A stretch of DNA of 64,000 nucleotides from Coleofasciculus chthonoplastes F2-STO-03 (GCA_040222015.1 JAVJWO010000069.1:32001-96000), one strand, 5' to 3'. Shown: positions 9,538 through 20,107, counted from the first letter of the stretch. Notes: generated from the letters alone by a model not told the origin. Made by a program: numbers and translations.

Positions 9538-10875
9538 CTATCGGGATTGATGATGAGAGTTTAACTGCAAACCCATCCCTTCTCTACGACTGCGGATATC
9601 GTAGTACATAGCCGCTTTAATGGTTTGCCCTAAAGGAAGAAAAAGCGCACTGCTAGCCAAGTTTAATCCTAAAACCACAATAGTGTATAGAAACTCAGGT
9701 AGAATATTTCCCAGCGTCCATTCAAGGAGTAACCTGATCATTCCAACACCTAAGTATAGGGGGATGAAGAGCAAAAAGGCAACAAAGCAAATCAGAATTA
9801 TTCGCCCGACATATCCTTGAGTTAATTGACAACTTCGACCAATGGATGACCCCGCATTCACATTATCTTCAATGGCTATGGGCATTTCAGTAATTGATAA
9901 GCGTACACTCAGCCAAATGTAGGCTACGGGAAATACTAATCCCAGCAAAACGCCCACCAAAATACCTAACTCTCCGAGCACGCAGGTCAGGATCAAGAAG
10001 ATCAAGAAAAGGATACAAGCGCCGAGGACTGTCCTCCCTAACACGATCAGAAACACTAAGACAGAAACCCCTAAAAAACTCCACATTCGAGGATTGATAT
10101 AGCGACGTGCCTGAGTAACTGTTTCCGGGCGTTCAATTATTTCATGGAAGGCAAGACGTGATAGTAATCCTGTCATAGCTGAGAATTTAGCCCAACCATA
10201 AATAGGAATGATTATCCATGGATAACCCTTAAGCGCAATCAGATAATAGACCTGAAAATGATCGAGGTAAACACGCAACCCTGCTCTGATAATGTTACCC
10301 ACACTCAAGGGTTTCATGGGTTGGCGAGGTTGGGAACGGATGGAGTGAGTGCTACGGTGTGAGGCATGATCCCTTGGTTGTTGAGTCTTTGAGGATGTAT
10401 ATCCTCCAGCAACATGACGAGGAACTTGGGCAAAATTTGAACCTGGTGGTGGTTCTGAAACAGAGGGTTTAATATCATCAACATCCGAGGATATATCGTT
10501 TTCCACCGCAACATCTTCAGGAGTTTGATGTAGATTGAAATCGGGATCTGAATGGTGAACGTCTGCGACTTGAGGAGGTGAGGATTCTATATCAAAGCTT
10601 TGATTCCAAGCAAAAGAGTCTTGTCCTTTCTGACGCCCATAAACTTGCACCGTTTTAATCGTCTCAACGCCTAGCTTGGTTAAACCCTGACGAATAAAAG
10701 AAACCATCGCCTTTTGGTTGGGAACTTGCGCTGATTCCACAAAGACTTGCAAACAATCGTCTTTGCGATTAACCTGGGCGATGATGTGCTTGGCTCGCAG
10801 CGAGCGGTTAATCATTGCCGCAATTGCTTTAGGATTACCTTGTTTAGCGAGCTTTAACGTGTTTGGCTCAGCCAT
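9538..10875 (-). CDS. Membrane protein: cyanobacterial N-terminal domain, disordered linker and DUF975-like multi-TM domain
   Basis: LAKQGNPKAIAAMINRSL N-terminus; hydrophobic C-terminal half ending YYDIRSRREG. Confidence 0.7.
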   Translation of the reverse strand: MAEPNTLKLAKQGNPKAIAAMINRSLRAKHIIAQVNRKDDCLQVFVESAQVPNQKAMVSFIRQGLTKLGVETIKTVQVYGRQKGQDSFAWNQSFDIESSPPQVADVHHSDPDFNLHQTPEDVAVENDISSDVDDIKPSVSEPPPGSNFAQVPRHVAGGYTSSKTQQPRDHASHRSTHSIRSQPRQPMKPLSVGNIIRAGLRVYLDHFQVYYLIALKGYPWIIIPIYGWAKFSAMTGLLSRLAFHEIIERPETVTQARRYINPRMWSFLGVSVLVFLIVLGRTVLGACILFLIFLILTCVLGELGILVGVLLGLVFPVAYIWLSVRLSITEMPIAIEDNVNAGSSIGRSCQLTQGYVGRIILICFVAFLLFIPLYLGVGMIRLLLEWTLGNILPEFLYTIVVLGLNLASSALFLPLGQTIKAAMYYDIRSRREGMGLQLNSHHQSR

Positions 10876-11184
10876 AGCCCTGTCTCCAATTGGGGTACGT
10901 TCAGATTAGAGCGAAGTTATCAGCAGACACCAAATAACCTTCACAAGTGACTCTAAAATTCGCGGCTGCTTTTACGCAAAATACCCCGTTTTGTGAGATT
11001 TATTTACATTTCCCAATAAAACGTCAGGTAAATAGACTTGCCGATTTCTGGCTACAGATGTTAATGAAACAGGAAATCTGGACTTCAAGATTAGAATTGA
11101 AATCCGAGTAAATTCCAGTACGCCAACACCCCACCGTAATGGTTTGAACGCTCAAACCCCTCAAAAATCCTACATAAGTAGCAC

Positions 11185-11246
11185 TTGCAAAAATACCGCG
11201 TTGGCGGAGCCTGTTCCGGAGAGAACGTATCGCGGTATTTTTGCAA
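11185..11246. repeat. 16-bp perfect inverted repeat whose central HIP1 is split by a small dispersed repeat
   Basis: TTGCAAAAATACCGCG[28 nt]ATCGCGGTATTTTTGCAA. Confidence 0.75.
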
Positions 11247-11397
11247 TATGACAATCTTATCGGTTGAAACCCACGCTCTCATCTTGGTTGAGCACGATTT
11301 TACATAAGTAGGGCGCGTCAAAAATCGCGCCAAGCCGCACGGTGAGGCAGTGCAAGTTTTTGGCTGGGGGAACTTCCGTTTAAGCTTGTCAGCCTAC

Positions 11398-11500
11398 TGG
11401 CGTGGCACACCTTCATTGGTGGATTTGCATTGTAGGGGCGCACGGCGTGCGCCCGGTTTAAAGCTCAAATCTATTCCACAATTTTAGCTGTGTCACGCCA
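11398..11500. mobile_element. MITE-like element with TGGCGTGGCACA/TGTGTCACGCCA ends and an internal GTAGGGGCGCA REP
   Basis: Imperfect terminal inverted repeats; related right ends near 57180 and 61740. Confidence 0.55.
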
Positions 11501-11527
11501 CTACTACGGTATATCAAAGGGAGAATG

Positions 11528-11749
11528 TCAAACCACTTCTAACTCATCTTCCCGGAAGTGACCGCGAAACTTTTTATCAAATTTAACCTGAATCGGTAAG
11601 TTAGCGCTCACGGGTCGCCCTTGCCATTCTGTAACGATAGCAATGACTTCGCCTTCGATACCCTTGATATCAAACGCCTCATTGCGGTGGGCAGGATTGT
11701 GGTAAACAATAACAGATGTCTTAACTCGAACGCGATCGCCAACTTTCAT
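11528..11749 (-). CDS. ftrV: Ferredoxin-thioredoxin reductase variable subunit
   Basis: MKVGDRVRVK.SVIVYH.P.HR, WQGRPVSANLP, H.REDELE. Confidence 0.95.
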   Translation of the reverse strand: MKVGDRVRVKTSVIVYHNPAHRNEAFDIKGIEGEVIAIVTEWQGRPVSANLPIQVKFDKKFRGHFREDELEVV

Positions 11750-11932
11750 AAAAAGATCGTTTTCTCTCCAACAGCCTACATCTTGCCAGAAATTACTCTG
11801 GCAATCCTAAACCATTCTTACACAGCAAGGTTCTTTCCTAGAGATTAGTTTGGCAACTGATCAAAAACGGTGCTGATTTTCCAACACCGTTTCCAGACCT
11901 GTAGCCACCTCAACCGCAGCCAATTCTTATGT

Positions 11933-13012
11933 TTACGCCGCCACAGATGCTTGAGGACGAGCAAAAATCATCCGTCCAGCAGATGTCTGTAAAGCCGAAG
12001 TGACCACAACTCGCATTTCAGCGCCAAGGTGGTTACGTCCTTCTTCCACAACCACCATCGTGCCATCGTCTAGATAACCTACGCCTTGAGAGGGTTCTTT
12101 CCCCTCCTTGAGGATTTTCAGTTCCAGGCTATCACCCGGCAGATAAATTGGACGTACAGCGTGAGCTAGGTCATTGACATTGAGTACCGGGACTTTTTGC
12201 AAATTAGCCACTTTACTCAGATTGTAGTCATTCGTCAAAAGCGTGCCATTAATTTCCTGAGTCAACCGAACCAATTTGGCATCCACCGTCTGAATATCCT
12301 CATAATCAGCCGGGTGAATAATCAGGCGTTCCGGATAAGCGGTTTGCATGGCTTTGAGAATATCCAACCCACGCCGTCCCCGAATCCGCTTTTGATCATT
12401 CGCTGCATCGGCTAACTGCTGTAACTCTTGCAATACAAACTGGGGGATGAGGAGTTGACCCTCGACAAACCCTGTATTCAACAGTTCCTCAATGCGACCA
12501 TCGATAATACAACTCGTGTCCAGTACCTTACTCGCCGCTGGTTTGAGCGTCCCTTCTGCTACCAACATCGTGTCCAAGCTGTTTGGATTAATCAGTCGCA
12601 AAAAAGTCCGACCGTGGGTATCTGCCAGACTGATTCCCAGAAAGGCAAACATCACACTGCCCAAAATTGCCGCCAGGGGCTTGATAAAGGCAAACTCAGA
12701 GGGAAAAGGTAGGAAGAAAATCGGGGCTAGCATTAAATTCGCTAACAGCAGCCCCAACACCAAACCGACTGCCCGGGTTAAAATTACCTCAATTGGCAGT
12801 TGGCGTACCTGCTTTTCCAAACGACGGTAGGTCACCTGCACCGTTAACCCAACCGCAAAACCGATAATGGCGGTAAAACTGGCTAAAATCCAGCGCAGCG
12901 CCTCCAGATTGGTAATCTGTTCTTGCACGGAAGGCGGAAGCAGTTCAACAATGTCGAACCCTACACCTGCTCCTCCTAGGATGAATAAAAGAATAATGAC
13001 AAAATCAAGCAT
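11933..13012 (-). CDS. PIN/TRAM domain membrane protein (YacL-like)
   Basis: N-terminal TMs, LDTSCIIDGR, RGRRGLDIL, TNDYNL, GYLDDGTMVVVE, LQTSAGRMIFA. Confidence 0.92.
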   Translation of the reverse strand: MLDFVIILLFILGGAGVGFDIVELLPPSVQEQITNLEALRWILASFTAIIGFAVGLTVQVTYRRLEKQVRQLPIEVILTRAVGLVLGLLLANLMLAPIFFLPFPSEFAFIKPLAAILGSVMFAFLGISLADTHGRTFLRLINPNSLDTMLVAEGTLKPAASKVLDTSCIIDGRIEELLNTGFVEGQLLIPQFVLQELQQLADAANDQKRIRGRRGLDILKAMQTAYPERLIIHPADYEDIQTVDAKLVRLTQEINGTLLTNDYNLSKVANLQKVPVLNVNDLAHAVRPIYLPGDSLELKILKEGKEPSQGVGYLDDGTMVVVEEGRNHLGAEMRVVVTSALQTSAGRMIFARPQASVAA

Positions 13013-13264
13013 GGTTCCAATCCAAGTGGTTTATCTGGCAAATCTTTCGATTCTATTCAAGATTTATAATGATAGAGGTTAATCACGTTTATTATATCTT
13101 TCCCTCCATTTTGTTTTCCTATACCTATCGGCTTAGCTCAAAACGTAATCTTGTTGAGTTTATTTCCATTAATCTACTACTTGTTAATCAAATGTTAAGA
13201 ATTATTCCCTAATTTTCCGCCTATTATGTTAAATTTTTCAAACAAATCTGAGAAAATCATCGAG

Positions 13265-14488
13265 ATGGGAATTGCCCATTCCGCCTACATCCATATCCCC
13301 TTCTGCCGACGCCGCTGCTACTACTGTGACTTTCCTGTATCTGTAGTCGGCGATAAAGCCAGGGGTAGCACGTCCGGCACGATTGAGGAATATGTTGAGG
13401 TCTTAGCTCAAGAAATTCAAACAACACCAGCCTCGACTTGTTCTCTCTCAACCATTTTCTTTGGTGGTGGCACCCCCTCTCTGTTATCCACTCAACAGTT
13501 AAACCGCATTCTGGATACCTTAGCACAGCAGTTTGGCATAGCTACCGATGCTGAGATTTCCATGGAAATAGACCCAGGCACATTCGACCTGTCGCAGATC
13601 AAAGGATACCAGGATGCGGGCGTGAATCGAGTGAGCCTGGGAGTTCAAGCCTTTCAGGATGAACTGTTGGGCATTTGTGGGCGATCGCACCAGCTTAATC
13701 ATATCTTCACCGCTGTCGAGTTGCTCCGCCAAGTAGAGGTTCCCGACTGGAGTTTAGATTTGATTTCTGGATTGCCAACTCAAACCTTAGAACAGTGGCA
13801 GGAATCCTTGAGATCCGCCATTCAGCTTACCCCTACCCATATCTCATGCTATGACCTGACTATAGAACCCGTTACCGCCTTTGGACGACAGTACAGCCCC
13901 GGAATTTCTCCCTTACCGACTGACGAGACAACCGCTCAAATGTACCGCCTTGCCCAGACGCTCCTCACTGATGCCGGGTATGAACATTATGAGATATCCA
14001 ACTATGCTTTACCCACTCACCAATGCCGACATAATCGGGTGTATTGGGAAAACCATCCTTTTTATGGGTTTGGTATGGGGGCTGCTAGTTATGTCCAGGG
14101 GCGGCGGTTTACTCGCCCCCGCACTCGGCGAGAGTATTATACTTGGGTACAACAGTTCATTGAAGCGAATGGGATCTGGGAAAGTCCAGAACTCTCGGAC
14201 GTGGATATTTTGTTAGAAACTCTGATGCTAGGACTACGCTTGGCAGAAGGTGTGAGTCTATCTACACTGGTGCGGCAGTTTGGCGAGAAGACTCTCGAAC
14301 AGATTGGGACAACGTTGCAGCCCTACTACCAGCAAGGTTGGGTAGAAGTTGTAGAACGAGATGGAAAAGTCTGGGATTGGCACAATGCCCAGAAACTACC
14401 GATGACTGGGCGGCTGAGATTAAGTGATCCAGACGGGTTTTTGTTTTCTAATCAGATTCTGGCTGATTTGTTTAGTCGCTGTATGTGA
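13265..14488 (+). CDS. hemW: Radical SAM heme chaperone (HemN-like)
   Basis: YIHIPFCRRRCYYCDF, FFGGGTPS, YEISNYA, HNRVYW (HNxxYW is typical of HemW). Confidence 0.9.
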   Translation: MGIAHSAYIHIPFCRRRCYYCDFPVSVVGDKARGSTSGTIEEYVEVLAQEIQTTPASTCSLSTIFFGGGTPSLLSTQQLNRILDTLAQQFGIATDAEISMEIDPGTFDLSQIKGYQDAGVNRVSLGVQAFQDELLGICGRSHQLNHIFTAVELLRQVEVPDWSLDLISGLPTQTLEQWQESLRSAIQLTPTHISCYDLTIEPVTAFGRQYSPGISPLPTDETTAQMYRLAQTLLTDAGYEHYEISNYALPTHQCRHNRVYWENHPFYGFGMGAASYVQGRRFTRPRTRREYYTWVQQFIEANGIWESPELSDVDILLETLMLGLRLAEGVSLSTLVRQFGEKTLEQIGTTLQPYYQQGWVEVVERDGKVWDWHNAQKLPMTGRLRLSDPDGFLFSNQILADLFSRCM

Positions 14489-14557
14489 CCCAAATGCTCA
14501 ACGTTAAACGCCCGACTGTCAATCCTCCCCAATAGAGAGAAAGGACACATTATTTAT

Positions 14558-14585
14558 GTAGAGACGCGCCATGGCGCGTCTCTAC
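14558..14585. repeat. GTAGAGACG-N-CGTCTCTAC palindromic REP family
   Basis: Related copies at about 20107, 25743, 25841, 32385, 34741, 43889, 45292, 50288 and 59315. Confidence 0.85.
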
Positions 14586-14658
14586 AATGGTGCCGAACGT
14601 CCTAATCGATGTGTCTATTGCTATAAGCGCCACTCCAGGTACCGATCGCACTCTCTAA

Positions 14659-15716
14659 TCCTTACCCGAAAGCGCCACAATTACAGGCTTGTGGCTTGGG
14701 GACACCGATAAGCGATCGCAAAGTTTTCCATTTAAAGTTTCACCACGGGGGGCGGCGCAAAAGGTTTACAATTCTCAGGTGAGGCGATCGCGACCCGTTG
14801 ATCCAGCGTTACTCGAACAGGTGGGACCCCGCCTTTATCGCCTCAGAGCCTTCCCAGTTCCGCCCAAATTATCATTTCGGGAACAAAGAAATTCAACGGA
14901 ACGACCCACGCAAATGCATCTGTGGTTAACTTATAACGTGATGCGACAAGCACAGGGATGGGCGCTGCCTCGATTAGCAGAGAAACGGAATATCTTCTGG
15001 ACAAAGGACACCCAACGCTTGGGAAATGGAGGCGCGATCGCAACGTCTGAAGATGAGTGGCTTATGATGGTATTTTACTGGTAACGGATGAGGGGAGTTA
15101 TGAATTATCCGAGGACAGTAAAGATGGGCTAGACATGCCTGCACCGTTATGGATGGTGCATCTGGGGGCATTACCACCCGCTTATGATGATGCGACCTTA
15201 CAAGCGATTCAAGATAGTGGGGGTGGTGTGTCTACAGAACTTCCAGAGGTCTTGCAGCGACTGGCAACAAAGGCAGCATTAGCCCCATCGGTGGTGAGTG
15301 TTGTGGATGGCTATGCTTGGTCGATGGTAAAAACTCCCAGTGAAATCACGACTAACAAAGGTTTTGAGCCATTAGCCGCCAGACAACTCGTCAAAGGATT
15401 GAGTCAACAGATAAAGGGAGATCAACTGGCTCAACTGGATGCCATTCATGCGATCGCCAAAACCCATAAATTGGTGACGCCCTATTCGTCAATGATTGTC
15501 CTCGTCAATGATGAGCAGCGAGAGGCACTCAAGAAAGCCGAAGCCGAAAATGATCGTTTTGACCGTAAGGTGGAAGACGGAAAAGAACAGCTCCCTCAGC
15601 CGAACAATGCTAATTCCGTCAGCGTGTCCGAACCTGGTATGGTCATGGATCTGTTAGCGATCGCGCTGATCCTATGCCTCAAACGTCAGCAAGGATTCAA
15701 TCAGAGGGCATCCTAA
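14659..15716 (+). pseudogene. Remnant of a PEP-CTERM integral membrane protein (TIGR02921-like), 5'-truncated with an internal deletion/frameshift
   Basis: SLPESATITGLWLG...SPRGAAQKVY...VDPALLEQVGPR in one frame, switching near 15060 to YDGILLVTDEGSYEL...TPYSSMIVLVN...VSEP. No N-terminus is present. Confidence 0.75.
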
Positions 15717-15877
15717 AGGTTCAACATCAATCACTTGATAGGTGGCGGCAAATTTTCTCTCCTCACCTAGAAATCCGGAGTCATTGGCGATATTGGCGTA
15801 TCCAGTATATAGTTTTAGCGATCAGCTTACCTTCATGCGGACATACCAGGGAGCTGAGAATCAAACTCGTGACGCAG

Positions 15878-16273
15878 ATGGATCAAGATGAAATTAAACG
15901 ATTAGGAGCTTCCCTCAGACAGATCGATCCAGGGATATTAAGCCCAGCGAAAGAGGGGATTACCAAAGTTTGGTATCAAGGAGGCGAACCTTATTTTGAC
16001 GTAGTGGTAGAACTTCGCCACGGCGAAATTGAGTGGTTTCAATTTACCTTGCGGGGTAAATCGCTCTCCTGGAAACCGGGGTTTTCGGGTTTACAAACGG
16101 GAAAAACGAATGAGTTAGACACTAATGACCTGACGTTTCATCCAGCTACTAAACTGGTTGAACAAAACAACAAACAAGATCATAAGTTTATTGAATTAGC
16201 TCACGCTATTCTAAAAAATCGCGCCAATGAATCTCTGTTCAAGCAAATTCTGACATTGTTCAATTCGGCTTAA
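15878..16273 (+). CDS. Conserved cyanobacterial hypothetical protein
   Basis: MDQDEIKRLGASLRQID...WYQGGEPYFD...WFQFTLRG. Confidence 0.7.
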   Translation: MDQDEIKRLGASLRQIDPGILSPAKEGITKVWYQGGEPYFDVVVELRHGEIEWFQFTLRGKSLSWKPGFSGLQTGKTNELDTNDLTFHPATKLVEQNNKQDHKFIELAHAILKNRANESLFKQILTLFNSA

Positions 16274-16395
16274 AGCGTTGGCTAAAGTGGAATCAGCTAA
16301 AGTTTAACACTGACATCCTCCCATTGCCTGTTGTCGATTGCTTATTTCTGTAATAATGACGATCTGTGTAATGTAATTAGGAAGGAGGGGGCTGT

Positions 16396-17352
16396 ATGGC
16401 TGGTAGTCAGGTTGATGCCGATTTGTGGATAAGCGAATATATCACGCCTTGGGATATCTATTGTCACGGGATTACCAAGGTTTTGGCTTACAAAAAAACA
16501 GCCTATCAGGAAATGTATATTGTGGAAACAGGAGCCTATGGTAAAGCCTTGGTTTTAGACGGCAAATGGCAGTCCTGTACAGGGGATGAGTTTATTTATC
16601 ATGAAACCCTGGTTCATCCGGCGATGATTATTCATCCTAATCCGCGCAAGGTTCTGGTATTGGGCGGGGGTGAAGGGGCAACAGTGCGGGAAATCCTACG
16701 TTGGAAAACCGTTGAGCAGGTAATGATGGTGGATATTGATGGTGAGGTTGTGGAGGCTTGCCGACAACACTTGCCAGAAATGCATCAAAATGCCTTTGAT
16801 GATCCTCGAACTCAACTGGTGATTGGTGACGCTCTAGACATTTTAGACAACATGGAGCAACAGTGGGATATTGTCATCTCCGATCTGTCTGATCCGATTG
16901 AAGAAGGACCATCTTATAAACTGTTTACCAAAGAGTTTTTTGAGAAAGTTCAGCGCCTTCTCACACCCAATGGGTTTTTAGTCCTGCAAGCTGGACCTGT
17001 TGCACCTGTTACCGTCAAAGCCCATGCTCGTCTAGTTAACACTCTAAACTCCGTTTTTCCCCATATACATTCCTATTGTTGCTTTACCCCTACCTACGGT
17101 GAACCCTGGGGATTTGCGATCGCGTCTGCCCAAGCCATTGATTCTCAACCCAATCCGGCTACCGTTGACCAACACCTGCAAGACAAGACAACGGGCGGCT
17201 TGCGCCTAATCGACGGTGTGGCGTTATTAGGACTGTTACAAACCCCTGCCTATGTCCGTCGTGCGATCGCAAAGGAAACTCAAGTCTATACCTTAAACGA
17301 ACCGCCAAAATTCTTTGGCAAGGGGGCATTGAATCAATCCCCTCAATCGTGA
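16396..17352 (+). CDS. speE: Polyamine aminopropyltransferase (spermidine/thermospermine synthase family)
   Basis: LVLDGKWQS, DEFIYHE, VLVLGGGEGAT, VDID, DLSDP; SD AGGAGG upstream. Confidence 0.9.
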   Translation: MAGSQVDADLWISEYITPWDIYCHGITKVLAYKKTAYQEMYIVETGAYGKALVLDGKWQSCTGDEFIYHETLVHPAMIIHPNPRKVLVLGGGEGATVREILRWKTVEQVMMVDIDGEVVEACRQHLPEMHQNAFDDPRTQLVIGDALDILDNMEQQWDIVISDLSDPIEEGPSYKLFTKEFFEKVQRLLTPNGFLVLQAGPVAPVTVKAHARLVNTLNSVFPHIHSYCCFTPTYGEPWGFAIASAQAIDSQPNPATVDQHLQDKTTGGLRLIDGVALLGLLQTPAYVRRAIAKETQVYTLNEPPKFFGKGALNQSPQS

Positions 17353-17499
17353 TCGACTGCCTGAGAATACCGACCTGATACCGAGTTGCGCTTAAACGTA
17401 GTGGATAGCAAGAGCTGGGGAAACTAGGGGAGTGGGTGAAGCGGGGGGAGAGAATGTTATATCTTTGGTCGCAACTTGGCATGACTCACGAGAGCATGA

Positions 17500-17538
17500 T
17501 GTAACAATTTGTTACAATAAATGTAACGATTTATTGCA
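17500..17538. promoter_or_regulatory. Operator-like palindrome with a degenerate second copy
   Basis: TGTAACAA-T-TTGTTACA at 17500-17516 and TGTAACGATTTATTGCA at 17522-17538. Confidence 0.4.
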
Positions 17539-17845
17539 GTCTTAAAAAAAATAGACAGAAAAAAGGAAGACAACAGCGTAAAATTGCCAGTAAAACCAAG
17601 TAACTGAAGTTCTCAAGACTTCCAGGGTGCGACTCTCATAAAAATTCCTCCGTTGCGGGAAACCCCCTGTATGCGAGACCGGGGAGTGTCAAATTTACTA
17701 GCTGATGCTCCTCCTTGGTAGGTGGATAGCTGTCATAGCTATCGAATAGCCAAATATCATAACCAAGCCAACCTGTCAAGCCTGATTGAATCAGTAACCA
17801 TCCCCGTAATTCTGCCCAGCTACGCCGATCTTCACCCCAGAGACA

Positions 17846-20107
17846 TTGCTCATGCAGCCTAGTGGTCTGCCGTTTCATTCCTTAGCTCTAGAACCAGCAA
17901 TTGATGCTCATTTTTTGACCGTCGCACCAGATACCCCCCTGGTGGATGTCTTGGCGCTAATGAGTCGATTTCGCAGTTGTCGATTACCCAGCCAAGCGTT
18001 AGGAACTGACATGAGTCACATCCCAGCGAATCTCCCACAAATTTCCTGCCTGTCTCAGGAAGAAGACGCCGTGTTTGGTGTGGCGAATACGGCGGCGGGT
18101 TGTGTATTGGTGATGGAGGAAGGGCGACTGGTGGGCGTATTCACCGAGCGCGATATCGTTAGGTTAGCTGCGGCTGGTCTTCCCTTAAGCCAGGTCAATA
18201 TTTCCGAAATCATGACCCGACCCGCGATTACGCTGCAACCGTCACCGTCTCACGATATCTTTACCGCATTGGGACTCTTACGCCAGCATCGGATTCGTCA
18301 CCTACCGATTGTCAATGAGCAAGGGCAACCTATGGGAATTGTCACCCATGAGAGTATTCGCAAAGCCCTGCAACCCGTTAACCTACTGACGCGATTGCGC
18401 TGTGTGCAAGATGTAATGACCACAGCGGTGATTCATGCACCCGTAACTACAGCGGTGCTACAGTTAGCCCAGCTCATGACAGAGCATCAAGTCAGTTGCG
18501 TGGTGATTACTCAAGTCAGAGATTCGGAAATTCAGCCTGGAGAACAAGACGCCCTCACGCCAGCCGGATGTTCTGCTCCTTTGACTAAAGCCTCTTGCTC
18601 ATGTCCAATCCTTTATTCTCAGTCCCTGATTCCCGTGGGTATTGTCACGGAACGCGATATTGTACAGTTTCAGGCACTAGAACTAGATTTATCCCGCCTG
18701 AAGGCTCAAGAGGTGATGAGTACACCCTTATTTTGTCTGAGTCCCTCGGATTCCTTGTGGCTCGCCCATGAACAAATGCAGCAGCATCGGGTGCGACGGT
18801 TGGTCGTTCGCGGCAATCAGGGAGAATTAGTGGGGATTGTTTCCCAAACCAGCCTGCTGCAAGTGCTTAACCCCGTGGAAATGTATGGGGTAATCGAACT
18901 ACTGCAACAGGCGGTGGAAGAACGAACCTCGGAATTAGCCCAGACGAATGAACGGCTACGCCATGAAATTGGGGAGCGTCAGCGAGCGGAGTTAGCCCTG
19001 CAAAAATCTCATGACCAATTGAAAATTCAAGTTGAACAACGCACAGCACAGCTTACTCAAGCCAATGTCCAGCTTCAACAGGATATTCTAGAACGCCAAC
19101 GGGTAGAAACAGCCCTGCGGCAAAGTGAAGCCCAGTTGAAAAAACAAACCCGCGAACTCACACGCATGATCCAGCAACTGCATTCTTATCAAAGTCAGTT
19201 GATTCAGAGCGAAAAAATGTCGTCTTTGGGACAACTGGTTGCGGGGGTGGCTCACGAAATTAATAATCCGATTAATTTTATTTACGGGAATATTGCTTAC
19301 GCTTCTCAGTATGTTCAGGACGTGATGGGTCTGCTGGAACTCTATGAGCAGTATTATCCCCAGCCTGTATCCGAAATTCAAGAAACGACCGAGGACATTG
19401 ACTTAGAGTTTGTCAAAACGGACTTGCCTAAACTGATTAACTCCATGAAACTGGGTGCCGATCGCATTCGCAATTTGGTGTTGTCTTTGCGGAATTTCTC
19501 CCGCTTGGATCAAGCGGAGATGAAATGGGTGGATCTCCATGAGGGGTTGGATAACACCCTATTGATCCTGCAAAATCAACTCAAAGCCACGTCACATTTG
19601 GTTCAAGTAGAGTTGATGAAGGAGTATGGGGATTTACCCTTAGTGGAATGTTATCCAGGGCAACTCAATCAGGTCTTTATGAATCTATTGAGTAATGCGA
19701 TTGATGCGCTGGAAGAGTTGAGACGGGTCAATGCTCAAGCTCAGTTATCTAATGGAGAATCCTCTAATCCTTATCCCACGATTGTGATTCAGACCGCGAT
19801 TAAAGAGGTGAAGCGTCCTAAATCCCAGGCAAAATCATTGTTGGTGAATCAATGGGTGGTGGTTCGCATTGCGGATAATGGATCGGGGATGAGTGAGGTC
19901 GTGCGTCAACGTCTATTTGATCCGTTTTTTACCACGAAACCAGTCGGGAAAGGTACGGGTTTAGGGTTATCGATTAGCTATCAGATTGTCGTGGAAAAAC
20001 ATGGGGGATATATTCAGTGTAATTCTGAACCGGGGCAAGGGAGTGAGTTTGTGATTGAAATTCCGCTGCGACAACATACTCAGGTCTCAATGATCTCTCC
20101 CCAGTAG
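17846..20107 (+). CDS. CBS-domain sensor histidine kinase
   Basis: Four CBS motifs, coiled coil, H-box AGVAHEINNP, N-box NLLSNAIDA, DNGSG, FDPFFTTK, GTGLGL. Confidence 0.93.
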   Translation: MLMQPSGLPFHSLALEPAIDAHFLTVAPDTPLVDVLALMSRFRSCRLPSQALGTDMSHIPANLPQISCLSQEEDAVFGVANTAAGCVLVMEEGRLVGVFTERDIVRLAAAGLPLSQVNISEIMTRPAITLQPSPSHDIFTALGLLRQHRIRHLPIVNEQGQPMGIVTHESIRKALQPVNLLTRLRCVQDVMTTAVIHAPVTTAVLQLAQLMTEHQVSCVVITQVRDSEIQPGEQDALTPAGCSAPLTKASCSCPILYSQSLIPVGIVTERDIVQFQALELDLSRLKAQEVMSTPLFCLSPSDSLWLAHEQMQQHRVRRLVVRGNQGELVGIVSQTSLLQVLNPVEMYGVIELLQQAVEERTSELAQTNERLRHEIGERQRAELALQKSHDQLKIQVEQRTAQLTQANVQLQQDILERQRVETALRQSEAQLKKQTRELTRMIQQLHSYQSQLIQSEKMSSLGQLVAGVAHEINNPINFIYGNIAYASQYVQDVMGLLELYEQYYPQPVSEIQETTEDIDLEFVKTDLPKLINSMKLGADRIRNLVLSLRNFSRLDQAEMKWVDLHEGLDNTLLILQNQLKATSHLVQVELMKEYGDLPLVECYPGQLNQVFMNLLSNAIDALEELRRVNAQAQLSNGESSNPYPTIVIQTAIKEVKRPKSQAKSLLVNQWVVVRIADNGSGMSEVVRQRLFDPFFTTKPVGKGTGLGLSISYQIVVEKHGGYIQCNSEPGQGSEFVIEIPLRQHTQVSMISPQ

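Noticed and set aside
17500..17516. NtcA site or RpaB HLR1 site
   Set aside because: Spacing is GTA-N9-TAC rather than N8, and the GTTACA half-sites are inverted rather than direct repeats.
17670..17720. Fluoride riboswitch (GCTGATG.CTCC resemblance)
   Set aside because: The 5' GGNGATGG...CC element is missing and the downstream gene is not fluoride-related.
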